Both the position numbers and the translations under genes were made by a program. Shown here in pieces: positions 53,101 through 64,000 of a stretch of DNA of 64,000 nt; position 1 is the first letter of the stretch, and each line of letters opens with the position of its first letter. The DNA comes from Moniliella sp. 'wahieum' (Eukaryota), in assembly GCA_003971905.1 (NCBI GenBank), contig RSEE01000129.1, positions 62,001 to 126,000 of the forward strand, in the 5' to 3' direction. Below the pieces are notes generated by a model, which did not search any database, was not told the DNA's origin, and was given only the letters and a program-made list of their open reading frames with translations.

Positions 53101-56038
53101 TCAGGAACCAAGATCGGTACCGGGTGTAGGTAGGGAGCGAGTCGTGTCCTCATCCTTGGTAACGGCGACGCCCTGCATGGGGGAAAGGTACCCTCTACGC
53201 CGTTCGCACAAAGTGCAAAGACACATGGTCAATGTACCCCCCACCTTGCGCCAGAGGGCAAGCAGACGCTCAGTGCATTGGGGGCTGAGATGGTACCGGT
53301 CCAAGGGATGCGAGGCGGTGCGAGCGGCACAGTGTTGGTCAGCCAGAGCTGAGGCATCCGTAACTTGTCCAACAGTTCCTCCAACTCCCATTGATTGGGA
53401 TCACGTTCGGTCACCTGACCCACTTCGTCACGCAGCAGAGCGCCATTCTCTTGGCTCTGGATCCATTCTGACAAATTGGTGAGCCCCGCCCGTGTCCGCT
53501 CCTCAAACACACGCCACCAGCACCCCTCGAGTTCGTGTTGCAGCCCTGGTGAGCTCGGCAAAGGAGGTAGCTGCAGCGCCACCACGCCGGTTTCGGTTTG
53601 GACAGGAACGCGGGTCGCCATGCCATACTGCGCAAGTCGTTCTTGTGGACTGAACCAAACCCCTACCCATGGCCCCAGACAGACAGAAGGCACCGTCAGT
53701 TGAGTTTCCACGCATGTAAGAGACAAGCTCTGAAAAGGAAAAAAAGGTACCAACCATTGTGAAAGGATTGGATGCAGTAGTGTTCGAGGGAGCGGGTGCG
53801 GATGTGCTGCTCATCCTCCGGCGTCATTGCCAATATCTCCCGCACACGTGGGTTGCGCGCCTCGTCGAGCACGATCGCTTCCTCGTCTTCCGAGTCGAAA
53901 ACCACCTCCTCATCCGGCGGCTCATCGTCTAGGTTGAGCGAAATGGAGCCCGAACCAGCATTGGACCACGCCTCGTCTGCCTCGGACACGCCGTTGAGCT
54001 CAAGATTGAGCTGCACTGCCAGACGCTCATCTTCCTCGTACCGAGCCCATTGCTGCTCAGAAGAAAGGCTTCTGCGCGAGGCCGGCACGCTCGCTACCCT
54101 CTCCATATCTCCGTCCTGGTCCGGAGGGGATCCCAGCCCGTCTAGGGGAGATGAGGAGCGGGTACTGACCTCTTGAACTTCATCCGCATCAACCTCGTTG
54201 GGTCGGCGCATGAGAGAGTCCGAGAGTAGAGAGGAATCGTGGGCGACGTTTAGGCGGTTGCGCTGGACCACCACCGCAATGGCCATATCCGGATGGAGAG
54301 GCTTTTCGCGCCGCTTGCCTTTGGTGCTGCTAGGTTCGTGTGGGATCAGAGTAGGTAAATCATGTTGGGCTAGAAAAGCGGTGATCAAATGCCTACCTTG
54401 GCGTTCCCATTCCAGCGCGCGTGTTCCCGAGCCTGGTTCCAGTACTCGAGCCGTTCTCGTCGCACCTCCTGTTGTGTCGCCTGGAGACGCTCTGCATACA
54501 CTTGTTGGTATTTGTGCACCGAAAGGGCCTGCTTGGTCCGCACCCGCTCGGCCCGAATCAGCTGCATCGAAGCATGGACCGTGAGCCAAACGTCCTCCGT
54601 CAAGGAAGATTGGACCTCCAATAATGGGCACACCGCGACTCACAAAGTCCCGTCGCGCTCGGTTCTCTACGAAGGCCAGGCGGAGGTGTTCGAGGTAAGG
54701 AGGACCCTGCCTGAGCAGCACGCTGTAACACCGAGCCACCCACCTGGCTGGCCAGTTGGGTCCGGCACAGCATACACAGTACTTCGAACGACTCAAGCGT
54801 CCGCTCTTTGCTAGTCGCAACTCCGTACCTCCCGATTGAAGCAGCGGCGACAACAGCCAGGCAGAATGGTCGATTCCTCGGATTCAAGAGAAAGGGATTC
54901 GTCGGACCCATCCACCTCGAGATCAACAGGCGAAGCGGCATGGGAAGCGCAAAGTGCCACGGGTCCCAATGACGTAGAGATCAGGTTTACCGGTCGAGAG
55001 CCCAACACACCATGTTCGTAAGATGGACTGCCTACTTCGTCCATCATCTCGTCCATCTCCATGGACAGTTGAATCATGCGTTCGGTGGTGCCCGCGCTGA
55101 TGAGGCAAGCCGCACATATGATCCATCTGCCACATCGTCTTGAAACACGCCTCGGCGCGTGAGGAGAGACGATGCTGAGTCCTGGCACGTTGCATGTCGC
55201 TCTCCATCTGGTCGACGGTGAAAGGATTGTGAACGCAGTCAAAGATGGCGGGCCAAGAAGGATGCTCTTGCGTCGCTGTCCGCCACGCTGGACTTAGCTG
55301 GGCCAAGGTGCTGAGCATCCTGCGCCACCGCACATAACCCACTGTCCACACGCCCAAACACAGCCGCATGGTTTCGGCCCGCATGAACGTTGAGGACAAG
55401 ATGGCTGAGTGACGCGCCTGTGCATTCGTCTCACTTGGGGCTGGCATCGCAAGGGCTGCCTCGGGTGGCCATCGCTTGGGCAAACACTGTGCTTGAAGGT
55501 GGCGTGCAATGCAAAGGGAGAGGGGCTTGAAGGAGACGTTGCCATTGGACATGCAATCCCAAAGGGTGGGTCATCACCACATCTTTCGGATGCAGGTAAG
55601 AGAGAATGCGCTGCACCACGACCAGTGGCAAGCGTGCCCAGGGAGAGGAAATGGGAGTACGAAGAGGAGAGTGGCGGGGGTGGCGGGGAAGAGTGCTTTC
55701 TATTGGCTGTTCTGTGTTTCATATCGTCCTCAGAGGAGTGGCCCACCGGGGAAGGTGGGGTAGTACCAGCGGTGCAACTAGTCGGAACACTGGGGCCCCG
55801 GGTCGGGTCCAGCTCGGCACCAGTATGGGCGTCGTCAGCGGGGGTATCGCTGAGGTGATGCGGGCTGGTGCCGGCTGAGACTGACGGTGCTAGCGGTTCC
55901 CGCTCCACTCGAGCAGGAGCTGTGTGAGCTGGTGGTGAGGGGGGCGTGCTGTTGCTTGCGGCGCTTGGCTACCCGCTCGGGGCCATCATCACACGCGGGC
56001 GGATGGGCAGAGTACGGCTTGGGGCGCATGCTACACAT
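53101..56038 (-). CDS. Putative F-box-like protein with acidic central region and C-terminal CxCxxCxR; intron near 53663-53750
   Basis: LPLVVVQRILSYL and LSTLAQLSPAWR resemble a split F-box. Long minus-strand ORF chain ending MCLCTLCERRR. Confidence 0.5.
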
Positions 56039-56842
56039 GGGCCAGGAAGAGAGTAGAGGCGTGGGAGGCGCGGGAGACAAAGCGGGCGCGAGAGCACAAG
56101 GGGTGCTGGCGATGCGAGGGACGCAGGAGCACAGTGGACAAGGGAGACGCGGTGGAGGTGGTGGTGAGGAGGGGCCGGCGGGGGCGCTGGGTGGCCAGTG
56201 CGTAGCCTATACGCTGGGCTCTCAGAGTGGCTCCGCCCGAGGGAGGCGTGAGGTGGGGGCCAAAGTACACCCTACTCTGTGCGTGCTGCGTCAGTACCCA
56301 GTGGGGGCCAGTCACATCACGCATCATAACTCTGGTGGGATGCATGATGCATGCGTGATCTCGTATAGATGATTGCCGTCCCCTGCCGCGCCTGCTGCCA
56401 GGGTGCAGCTAGGGTTGCTGACACACACAGCCACCTGCTGCCCCCCTGCTGCCTCGGCGCCGACTCAGCTCTAGGGTTGCGCCCTGTTGCGCCACTCTTG
56501 CCACTCGTCATGCACCATGCACCACACATCACCGGTCACCATCTCTGTTCGCCTTGCCGATTGGCACGACTGCAGAGCAAACATATTTCATTTTCACCGC
56601 GTCGCTCAGCCGCTCACGTGCCATTCAAGCGACGGCGCTGGCCAGCGGAACTGCGCCGCCAAGATGCTGTTTCCGGCAGCTACGTACCCATCCTGCCCAT
56701 CCATCGCCACTACTGTTGCCTGCCCTCCAGTCAGGCAGAGCATGACAAAATACGATGCGCCTTTTGGTGTGCGTGGGGGGGTCGTTGCGGGAATGAGTGC
56801 TGAGTAGCCAGCGACAGCGAGCCGAGGAAGAGGGGGAGGGGA

Positions 56843-57929
56843 TTAGAAGCGCTTGGCGTTGTGGACGCGCTTGTACTTGTAGAAGTAATACACCCCGCCG
56901 CCCCCGCCAGCACCAGTGCAACCTTGAGCACAAACCAAATAAAGCGAAACACGGCCGCAAAGAAGCGGTGGATGATGCCTGGGCCCGACGCACCGCCCTT
57001 GTTGCCCGCCTTGCCGGCCTGGCCCCATGCCCCGGGAACCGTACGACCTCGGCCGGTACCCCCCTTGGCCAGAGGCTTGTGTACGATCGAATGCGTTTCG
57101 ACCGAAATCAGCTCGTGGTTGTCCGACACATCGCCCGTCGCAGCCGTAAACCCAAGGAACGGGTTCTCGGGCAACTTGAAGTGGTCAATCTCACTGCAAG
57201 ACAGGGAAGGGGTAGGAAAGATCAGTTAGTACGCGGGATGTAGTGGCGTCCTTGCATAGGAGGTGCGCCATCGAGAAGGTACTTACAAGCACGACTCCCA
57301 CTCTTCCCACTCCTTGTGTGTGCAGCTGGAGTTCAATGTACTCGCATCCACATACGTCAACCTGGCACGGGCCGAGACAGGTGTGTCGCGGAAGGGGATG
57401 AACATCCGCCCACCTCGAGGTTGGCCCCGTCCTGGTCGGGCACATAGGGCGTGTACTTGCCCCCCTGCAAGGCCATGACACGGGGAACGCATAGGGGTGA
57501 CGACCATTGGCGTACGTGTCAAAACGACACCCAGGCCTTGGAACGTAGCCTGGTTGCCCAGTGCATTGCCAGTCTGTGCGCGTTCCGAGGTGAGCCAGAG
57601 CGCCATGCCATCCCCAAAAAGATGGTGGGAACGGCCCGTGATGGAAAACTCAAACGTGATCTGAAAGTCGCGTGCACGAACGGGATTGCGAGTCCAGATC
57701 CATCCCTTCTGGGATTTCTTGTCCTGGGTCAACCGGACGCCGCGAGCAGTGTCGATGATGGTGTCGCCGCCAAAGTCCCAGAACTGGTTTTGCAGATCGC
57801 TGTCCACATAGGGCTGGTGAAGCGACGCGGCCTGAGCGAAATGAGCGCTTCGTAGTCGTCCTGCGTATACGCGCCTCGCCCCAGCGACGCTGCACACAAC
57901 ACCACGAGCAGCACAGCAACCAGCAACAT
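56843..57929 (-). CDS. Legume-type (L-type) lectin cargo receptor, VIP36/Emp46-47-like
   Basis: Signal peptide; WDFGGDT, VRLTQD, GWIW, GDGMALWLT, FLGFTAATGDVSDNHE; TM helix followed by C-terminal KRF. Confidence 0.9.
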
Positions 57930-59380
57930 GATGGGCAACCTGCAACCCTGCCAGCTCAGCGTCGAACGCCCTCACCAACTCTTCGTCCAGTCCAACCCCT
58001 TGGCTGCGGCTCAACACGGCAGCGCCACTTCATTGCATTCGTTCCGCCATTCCGCCACGTCATCACACGTACCCCGGCAGGGGCAGTGTGACGCTTCGAT
58101 TCCGGCTTTCGATTCCACCTTGCCCAACATCATGCATCATACATCATCGATCATGGATCAGCAAGTGATATCGCCCGCCGTTCGACGCTTTGAACTTTCA
58201 ACTTTCACCGATCTGCAGTTACTGGGAGAAGAGCCAATTTCCTTGTTCGTATACTGATGATCATCTCTCTCCTCTACCCCTCTCTCCCCTCTTTCTGAGA
58301 TGCAATACCAAAAGCACATGCCTTGCTTCCACCGCGGATGCAAGAAACGGATCAATCCAGCTTACCTTCCCCTTCCTCCATGCCCGTCGGCAATAAACAG
58401 GTCTCCTCGCTCTCTCACATCCTCCCTCGTGTGTATACTCCCGCGGTCCAAAACGACCATTCTCTTTCTGTCAAACAAAATATTAGTCGTGACGTAAAGT
58501 GAACGGGGCCGACCACACCCTATATGGTGTCACCAAACAGCGTATGGTTTGTTCCTTTTTCAAAAAAAACGTTGACCGAACCCCTCACTCCTTGAAGGAA
58601 CCTTGCATTTTGGATGCTGTGGTGGTAGTATTCATTAGTTCACAGGCTGCATTACATTGAGTGGTACCTGATATACCAGAGGAAGGAGGAGCAATCACAG
58701 GAAGAAAAAGAACACTTGATAGAGACAGACGACACAAATTAAAGGGTTCAAAAGGAAGATCTATTGGATAAAAGGTCATATGCACAGACAGTGTGTGTGC
58801 ATATGTGTGTGGGCCCGTATGCGCCGCCGGGGTGACTAGTGCGTCTGTACTATAGTATCTAGGCTGCAGATGGGCTATTGGATGGGAAGGACACGCAGGT
58901 CGCAGAGTCCAACAGGGTCGCATAGACTTGATCAAGGCAACAACCGTCGCCTCTCTCAGACAGGTTCGCAGCGGAAGTCGTAATGTCTTCCCCGAACACG
59001 TTGCCCGGATCCGTACAATAAAATGTGATTGCCGCATCATCTACATTGATGGCAAAACAGGTTCCTGCTTGAGAGCATAGATTGGAATTGGCGGTTAAAG
59101 AGAACTACAAAGCAGTCGAGAGGAAGCTGATATGAAATGAACTAGTCGTTGAACGTCGGACTGGGGGAACCCTAGGTTGTAAGCTAGGAGAAAACGGAAG
59201 TGGCTTGTGTCAAGGATGGACATTTTTGACAAACTAGAAGACCACCGGGCCTACGGCCCGGTCAGCTGGGGCTTCGCCCCAGCTTGGTGCTTGGTGCACC
59301 GTCGCCACCGTAGCCACCGTTCCCCCGTCGCCACCTTAGCCACCGTTCCACTGTTCCACGCTGGAGGAATTTTATCACCC

Positions 59381-60516
59381 ATGTGCATGGCTGAGCACGC
59401 GGGGGTGGGGTGCGCATTCCGCCCGCGCAAACAAATAGGTAAGCATGTCGTAAAGAAAAAAGGGGGTCTGCGATATAAAATAAGTCTCAGTGGAAATGGT
59501 TCCTCGCTCGGATGTCAACCACGTTCATCCGTGTCCACACGCGCTTCCTAGGGTACGGGACCGGATGGCGAGAGCCGGAGGGTCCTGATATCCTGGCGAT
59601 CCCCCTGGTTCCTTGACCTTAGTGGCGCTTCCAAGTAACCCCCGCAAGATGAACGGTTCGGTTTAGACGTAGCGTTCCCCCTGTCCCAGCCTTAAGCTCT
59701 GTCAATGATATGAATTCAAAAGGGAGATGTGCATGGCTGAGCACGCGGGGATGGGACGAGGCGCGGACGGAAGGCACAGCGCACCGATTACCGCGTGATG
59801 GGGCCCGGAGCACTGGGAGGAACCGGAATGGAGGTAGACCACACGCTGCGCGACACGGGATCGCAGGAGGCGCAGAGCGCGTACCGGCGGGTGGTGCATG
59901 AGAGCACTGCGTCGCCTTTGGAACGCCGGGAGAAGGAACTGCTTCGGCTGCTTGAACAAGCAGAATGCGACAAGAACGCCAAGTACCAGGGACGCACTCA
60001 AGAACCGTTTTTCCCCTGGTTTTGACGACGCGAGGATACTACGGCACCAAGACGGCGGGCAAGTTGTTTGCGCATTGGAAGGAGTTGGCTACTAAGTCTC
60101 AGTGGAAATGGTTCCTCGCTCGTATGTCAACCACGTTCCTCCGTGTCCACACGCGCTTCCTAGGGTACGGGACCGGATGGCGTGAGCCGGAGGGTCCTGA
60201 TATCCTGGCGATCCCCCTGGTCCCTTAATCTTGGTGGCGCTTCCAAGTAACCCCCGCAAGATGAACGGTTCGGTTTAGCGTAGCGTTCCCCCTGTCCCAG
60301 CCTTAAGCTCTGTCAATGATATGAATTCAAAAGGGAGATGTGCATGGCTGAGCACGCGGGGGTGGGGTGCGCATTCCGCCCGCGCAAACAAATAGGTAAG
60401 CATGACGTAAAGAAAAAAGGGGGTCTGCGATATAAAACACGGTTCGGTCTAGACGTAGCGTTCCCCCTGTCCCAGCCTTAAGCTCTGTCAATGATATGGA
60501 TTCAAAAGGGAGATGT
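59381..60516 (+). mobile_element. Head-to-tail array of 5'-truncated 3' ends of a CRE-clade (Cnl1/MoTeR-like) non-LTR retrotransposon
   Basis: Near-identical blocks: 59381-59480 matches 60338-60437; 59481-59750 matches 60093-60360; 59654-59730 matches 60439-60516. The unique part encodes a restriction-like endonuclease remnant. Confidence 0.72.
59756..60228 (+). pseudogene. C-terminal restriction-like endonuclease (REL) fragment of a non-LTR retrotransposon ORF
   Basis: RTDYRVMG....MEVDHT ... EQAECDKNAKY....FFP(L)VLTTRG..G...LFAHWK...WFLARMSTTFLR, with a frameshift near 60015. Follows the RxD..D..K-KY..FxPxxxxTxG pattern of CRE-type REL domains. Confidence 0.65.
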
Positions 60517-63302
60517 AGTGGATATGTTGATACAGCTACATGATAACTAAGTGAAGTTGAAGACAAGAGACAACAAAAGGACAAAGGTTCAAAATATGCC
60601 TTCGATACAGGCAACAATCCGATGGATCAAGGAACTATAGAAACGACCCCATCACCGGAGGGCCCGCGGCCTGGCTTCCTAATTGTGTGGGTGCAGGGCC
60701 ATCGTTCCACCATCAGTCCACGATTCCGTAGTCCACCGTTCTACAGTCATTCTCAGCAAGAAACAGAACCTAAGAGGGGCTTCTTTCATCCTCTGTCAAA
60801 GACGAGAGAAAAACGTCCATATTAAGATAGATTCGCAGCAAAAGAACGAGACGCACCCATCACAGATCAGGGAGAACTCAAGTCAGCACTCATCTGCGTG
60901 TATATAGAAATGAATTTAATGCCCACAGTCAAAACAGGGATCCCGACAGCATCACACGCAGCAGAACGGATCGGCTATATAGAGTACGACTTGCTGCGGC
61001 TCGACCCACACGCTGTGTACAGGATAAAAAAGGGAACGTGATCCGTTTCGATACGACGCAGTATATTTGCGTTTTGTTCAGATGAGCCAGTCAGGTGTCG
61101 ACATCAAAGCAACCAAGAAAAAAGGGAGGTAAAAGAGGTGCTTGGAAGGGGGGCGAGCACCTTAGGGAAGGGAATGTGCGTCGAGTCTACCCGGCCCACG
61201 CCCGCCAGCGTTCTTGCCTGTAACGCGCAACACAAACTGCAACGATTTATACCCGTACAATGCCCATAGCAAAACAGATCGAGGAACGGCCTTTAGCTCT
61301 CGTGCGGCAGGAACCATGCAGCGACCGAAGAGAGTCACAGATGATCCCCTGTAGCTTCCATCGCCCGTGCCTTGTCAATCTGCGATGGCCGATTGTGCTG
61401 TCAAACCACGGGATTGTCTTCCTTCAACGTCCGTCAACGTTGGGTTCTGCGATCATGTGCTCATGTGCTGCACTGAGTTGAGCAAGCTGATGTGGGGTCG
61501 ATCGTGTGATCGATCATTCATCATTTTTTTTTCGTGAGAGAGAAGGAGGCATGAGGTCCATTCGGCCGTGGGGGGACGAGCTGCGATGATGACTAGTAGG
61601 CATGGCAAACGGAGACCTACTATGGGTCAAGATAATTTAAGACCTAGAAAAAGCCTTTCGCTATCATTTCTGGAGGGAGAAGGGTGGGATGGGGACGGCC
61701 ACACGCTTGACCGTGCCCATTCTTCACCTGCACTATGTATTATGGGCCATGTTCGAGGTATCGGCGGGCCGCTTTACTCTAGTAAGGATAGTAATCGTGG
61801 CCGTTACATGGTATACGGGCCCTTTTGCACGGTAGGGAGAGGGATGATCGATGAGCCTCTGTGCGCCCGTTTTCTCTTGGCGCCTGAGCACATGGCCGTA
61901 CCATCCATCTACTACTATACCCCCCACAGAATGTATGTGGAGACGACTTTTCTTTATGGCAGCGAACGGACGCAGGCTGGTACAACAGCTGGCAGCCCTG
62001 ACGGGGGTCGCTGCTTCGCTGCTATCGACATGCACGAGCCATGGGGTCGGACCAACATGTCCAAAGGAAGCAACACGAGGCTGTGGGGTAGCACGTAATA
62101 CAGGGTGGTGCATCCAATATGTCCCGACCCTACGCAGTGCGATGAACATTTCAACACCGCTAGCTCGGCACTCGGAGGGTGCTGCCCGGTGCGGGAGCAG
62201 AGGGGTATCCATAGGGCCAGCGCAGGTCACCGGTCACCGGTCACCGATCACCGCAGCGGGTGGATACCAGGGAGACGCATACGTACATCCCACACATGTC
62301 AGATCTAGCAGATCGGGAGCGCTCGCAGTGGGCCCATGCGTCGGACGTACGAGACGGAGGACGATAGTAATATGGGTGCGTGATGCCCTGAAGTCATGGG
62401 ATCGGTGAGATCTCAGTCCGAGATCCGAGATCTCTGAGGCTGGGCGGCTGTGCGCTGGCTGAGGCGCTAAGGCTGAGACTTCCTCTGGCGCCTGTGCATG
62501 GGCCTGCGGAGGCACGGGCGCACTCTGCATGCGCACTCGTTGCAGGGCAGCTTGGTTGTTTGCAGGCGCCACGCTGAAAGCTGCAGCGCGCTGCTCTGGG
62601 CGCTGGGCGCTGGGCAATGCCGGCACAGCTGCCACTGAAAACGTCCAACTTGAATCGGAATCTGAGTCTGAGATCTGAGATCGGAATAGAGTTGATCGAG
62701 ATGATCGATGATCGATGCAAGGGACGTGTGACGCTATGCATGATGCCGAGGGTCTGCCCGGGCCGTCAGATGCGCTGCGCTGCCGGCCAGCCTTCTGCTG
62801 CCGCATCACTAGCAGCAGCATCACACATCACGCGCCGCGACGCCCCTTGCATCTGCATGCATCGCCACTCCCACCATCCCCACCACCACCACCACCACCG
62901 CCGCCACTCGCTGCTGTCCAACCACCCGCCACCGTCACATCCTCTCCGCCCGCCGTCCCATCCTTTGGGCCCCTGGCTGTCCGTCTTCTATTGCTGTAGC
63001 TGTTGCTGTTGCTGCTACCCTCCTAGTAGTGCTGCTGCTGCCGCCGCCCGTGCAGCCTCTCCTTCTTGCCGCTTAACCGCAGCCCCTCCGCCGCTGCTAC
63101 CACCGCAGCCTCTGCGCTTCTCCCGCGCCACGCGTCCGCCAGCTCTTCCTGGCATTTAACGGCGCTGTTCACCCCCGCCCCCACCCTCTCCCACCGCCTC
63201 TTCTCCCCCCCGGCAGCCGATCCGCGCCCTGCCACTTCTTCCTCTTCCACCCCACCACCCCCACCCAACCCAACCGTAGCGCTCTGTTTGCGCTGCTCTT
63301 AC

Positions 63303-63314
63303 ATGGCTACTTGA
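63303..63314 (+). promoter_or_regulatory. Three-codon uORF (Met-Ala-Thr-stop) in the leader of the downstream gene
   Basis: ATG GCT ACT TGA. No other ATG occurs until 63670. A leader intron lies at 63353-63438 (GTGAGT, GCTAAC, CAG). Confidence 0.6.
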
Positions 63315-63669
63315 TTGTCCCACTTCCTTATCTCCCTTCGTGTTGACCTTCCGTGAGTCTTTTCTGTTGCCTTTTCCTGCACCCACATTTCTTGGCTAAC
63401 CTGCTTGCCCCCTCGTCTCTCTGCACCGCTGTCAACAGGATACCGTCAAGGTCGTTTTCCTCACTGGTAGCCATCCCATTGCGCCCATCCCAAGTTTTGC
63501 CGTCTCCAGCCCAGTCCAGTCCCTCACCGCCTATCAATCCCGCTATCTGCTACCGAACATCCACTTCTGCTGTGGACTATTCTCGCGTGCTTGGTTTATT
63601 CTGGTATTTTTCGCTACCGACTCGTCTCGATTGATTGTACCATCCTCCTCACCCTCGTGCCGTTTTCCC

Positions 63670-64000
63670 ATGACCGATCCCCAACAAACCGATCTGTCCG
63701 CCTTCTTGAACATGAACCACGGCTCCGCCACCCCCTACGGCCACCCCAGCTCGGGTGCTCCCCTTTCGATGATGCCCTCTCTGAGCGGCACTAGTCTTTT
63801 CCCCGAAAATTTTTCTTCTCTGTTAGACATCAACATGGCTCCCTTTGATCCCGATCACATCCCCGGGTGCCACTCCCCTGTTTGGTATGCCTCCTCCTAC
63901 CCTGGCCGACGCTGGCTTCCCTACCGACTCTGGTGCCGAATTTGGCGATTCGATGACGTCGACCCGACCATTTGGAGCCTATGATACGCATCCCTCGGCC
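63670..64000 (+). CDS. 5' part of a probable transcription factor, possibly GCN4/CPC1-like (truncated by window end)
   Basis: Acidic/hydrophobic activation-domain-like sequence (DLSAFL, TSLF, ATPLF, FDDVDPTIWSL across frameshifts) downstream of an MAx uORF. No bZIP visible in the window. Confidence 0.5.

Larger units (their letters stand above)
59234..60522 (-). mobile_element. Non-autonomous Helitron-like element (shell of about 157 bp) containing a retrotransposon-derived array
   Basis: Minus strand begins A|TCCACTAC (TC at 60522) and ends with two GC hairpins then GGTCTT-CTAG|T (59234), i.e. TC...hairpin-CTAG in an AT target. The 3' end is well supported; the 5' end is less certain. Confidence 0.6.

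Noticed and set aside
2077..57929. Frameshifts in almost every gene, suggesting mass pseudogenisation or programmed frameshifting
   Set aside because: They also hit normally essential genes (SEC59, GAB1), are mostly single-base losses, and leave motifs intact. Sequencing or consensus error is far more likely; short-read polishing would settle it.
58255..58298. TGATGA...CTGA resembling C/D snoRNA boxes
   Set aside because: Too short, the interior is just a CT tract, and no guide sequence is recognisable.
59381..60516. Direct repeats read as LTRs or a CRISPR array
   Set aside because: No TG...CA termini, PBS or PPT, and no regular repeat-spacer period. The block order fits truncated non-LTR ends better.
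61136..61162. Hairpin AGGTGCTT...GAGCACCT followed by T-runs on the minus strand, possible ncRNA end
   Set aside because: No recognisable A/B box or RNA family; insufficient evidence.

Overview
GC-rich, intron-poor eukaryotic DNA from a basidiomycete-like fungus (GTRNGT donors, CTRAC branch sites). Nearly every gene is broken by single-base frameshifts, most simply explained as uncorrected long-read consensus errors, so genes were rebuilt by joining ORF fragments by eye. Recognisable genes, left to right: Fet3-type multicopper ferroxidase, mitoribosomal uL10m, TPS2, PIG-U/GAB1 head-to-head with SEC59, ATG1, an Msn2/Seb1-like C2H2 factor, an A-T-R-SDR NRPS-like enzyme (ATRR/NPS10 type), Serinc/TMS1, a stand-alone AP-2 alpha-adaptin ear gene, GIS2/CNBP, EMC7, an F-box-like protein, an L-type lectin, and the 5' part of a possible GCN4/CPC1-like gene. 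There are two intron-containing tRNAs (Gly-GCC, Glu-CTC) and one tRNA-like gene with a non-canonical anticodon loop. The most unusual structure is at 59234-60522: a mini-Helitron-like shell enclosing a circularly permuted head-to-tail array of 3' ends of a CRE-clade (Cnl1/MoTeR-like) non-LTR retrotransposon. All homology calls come from recognising motifs, not from database searches.
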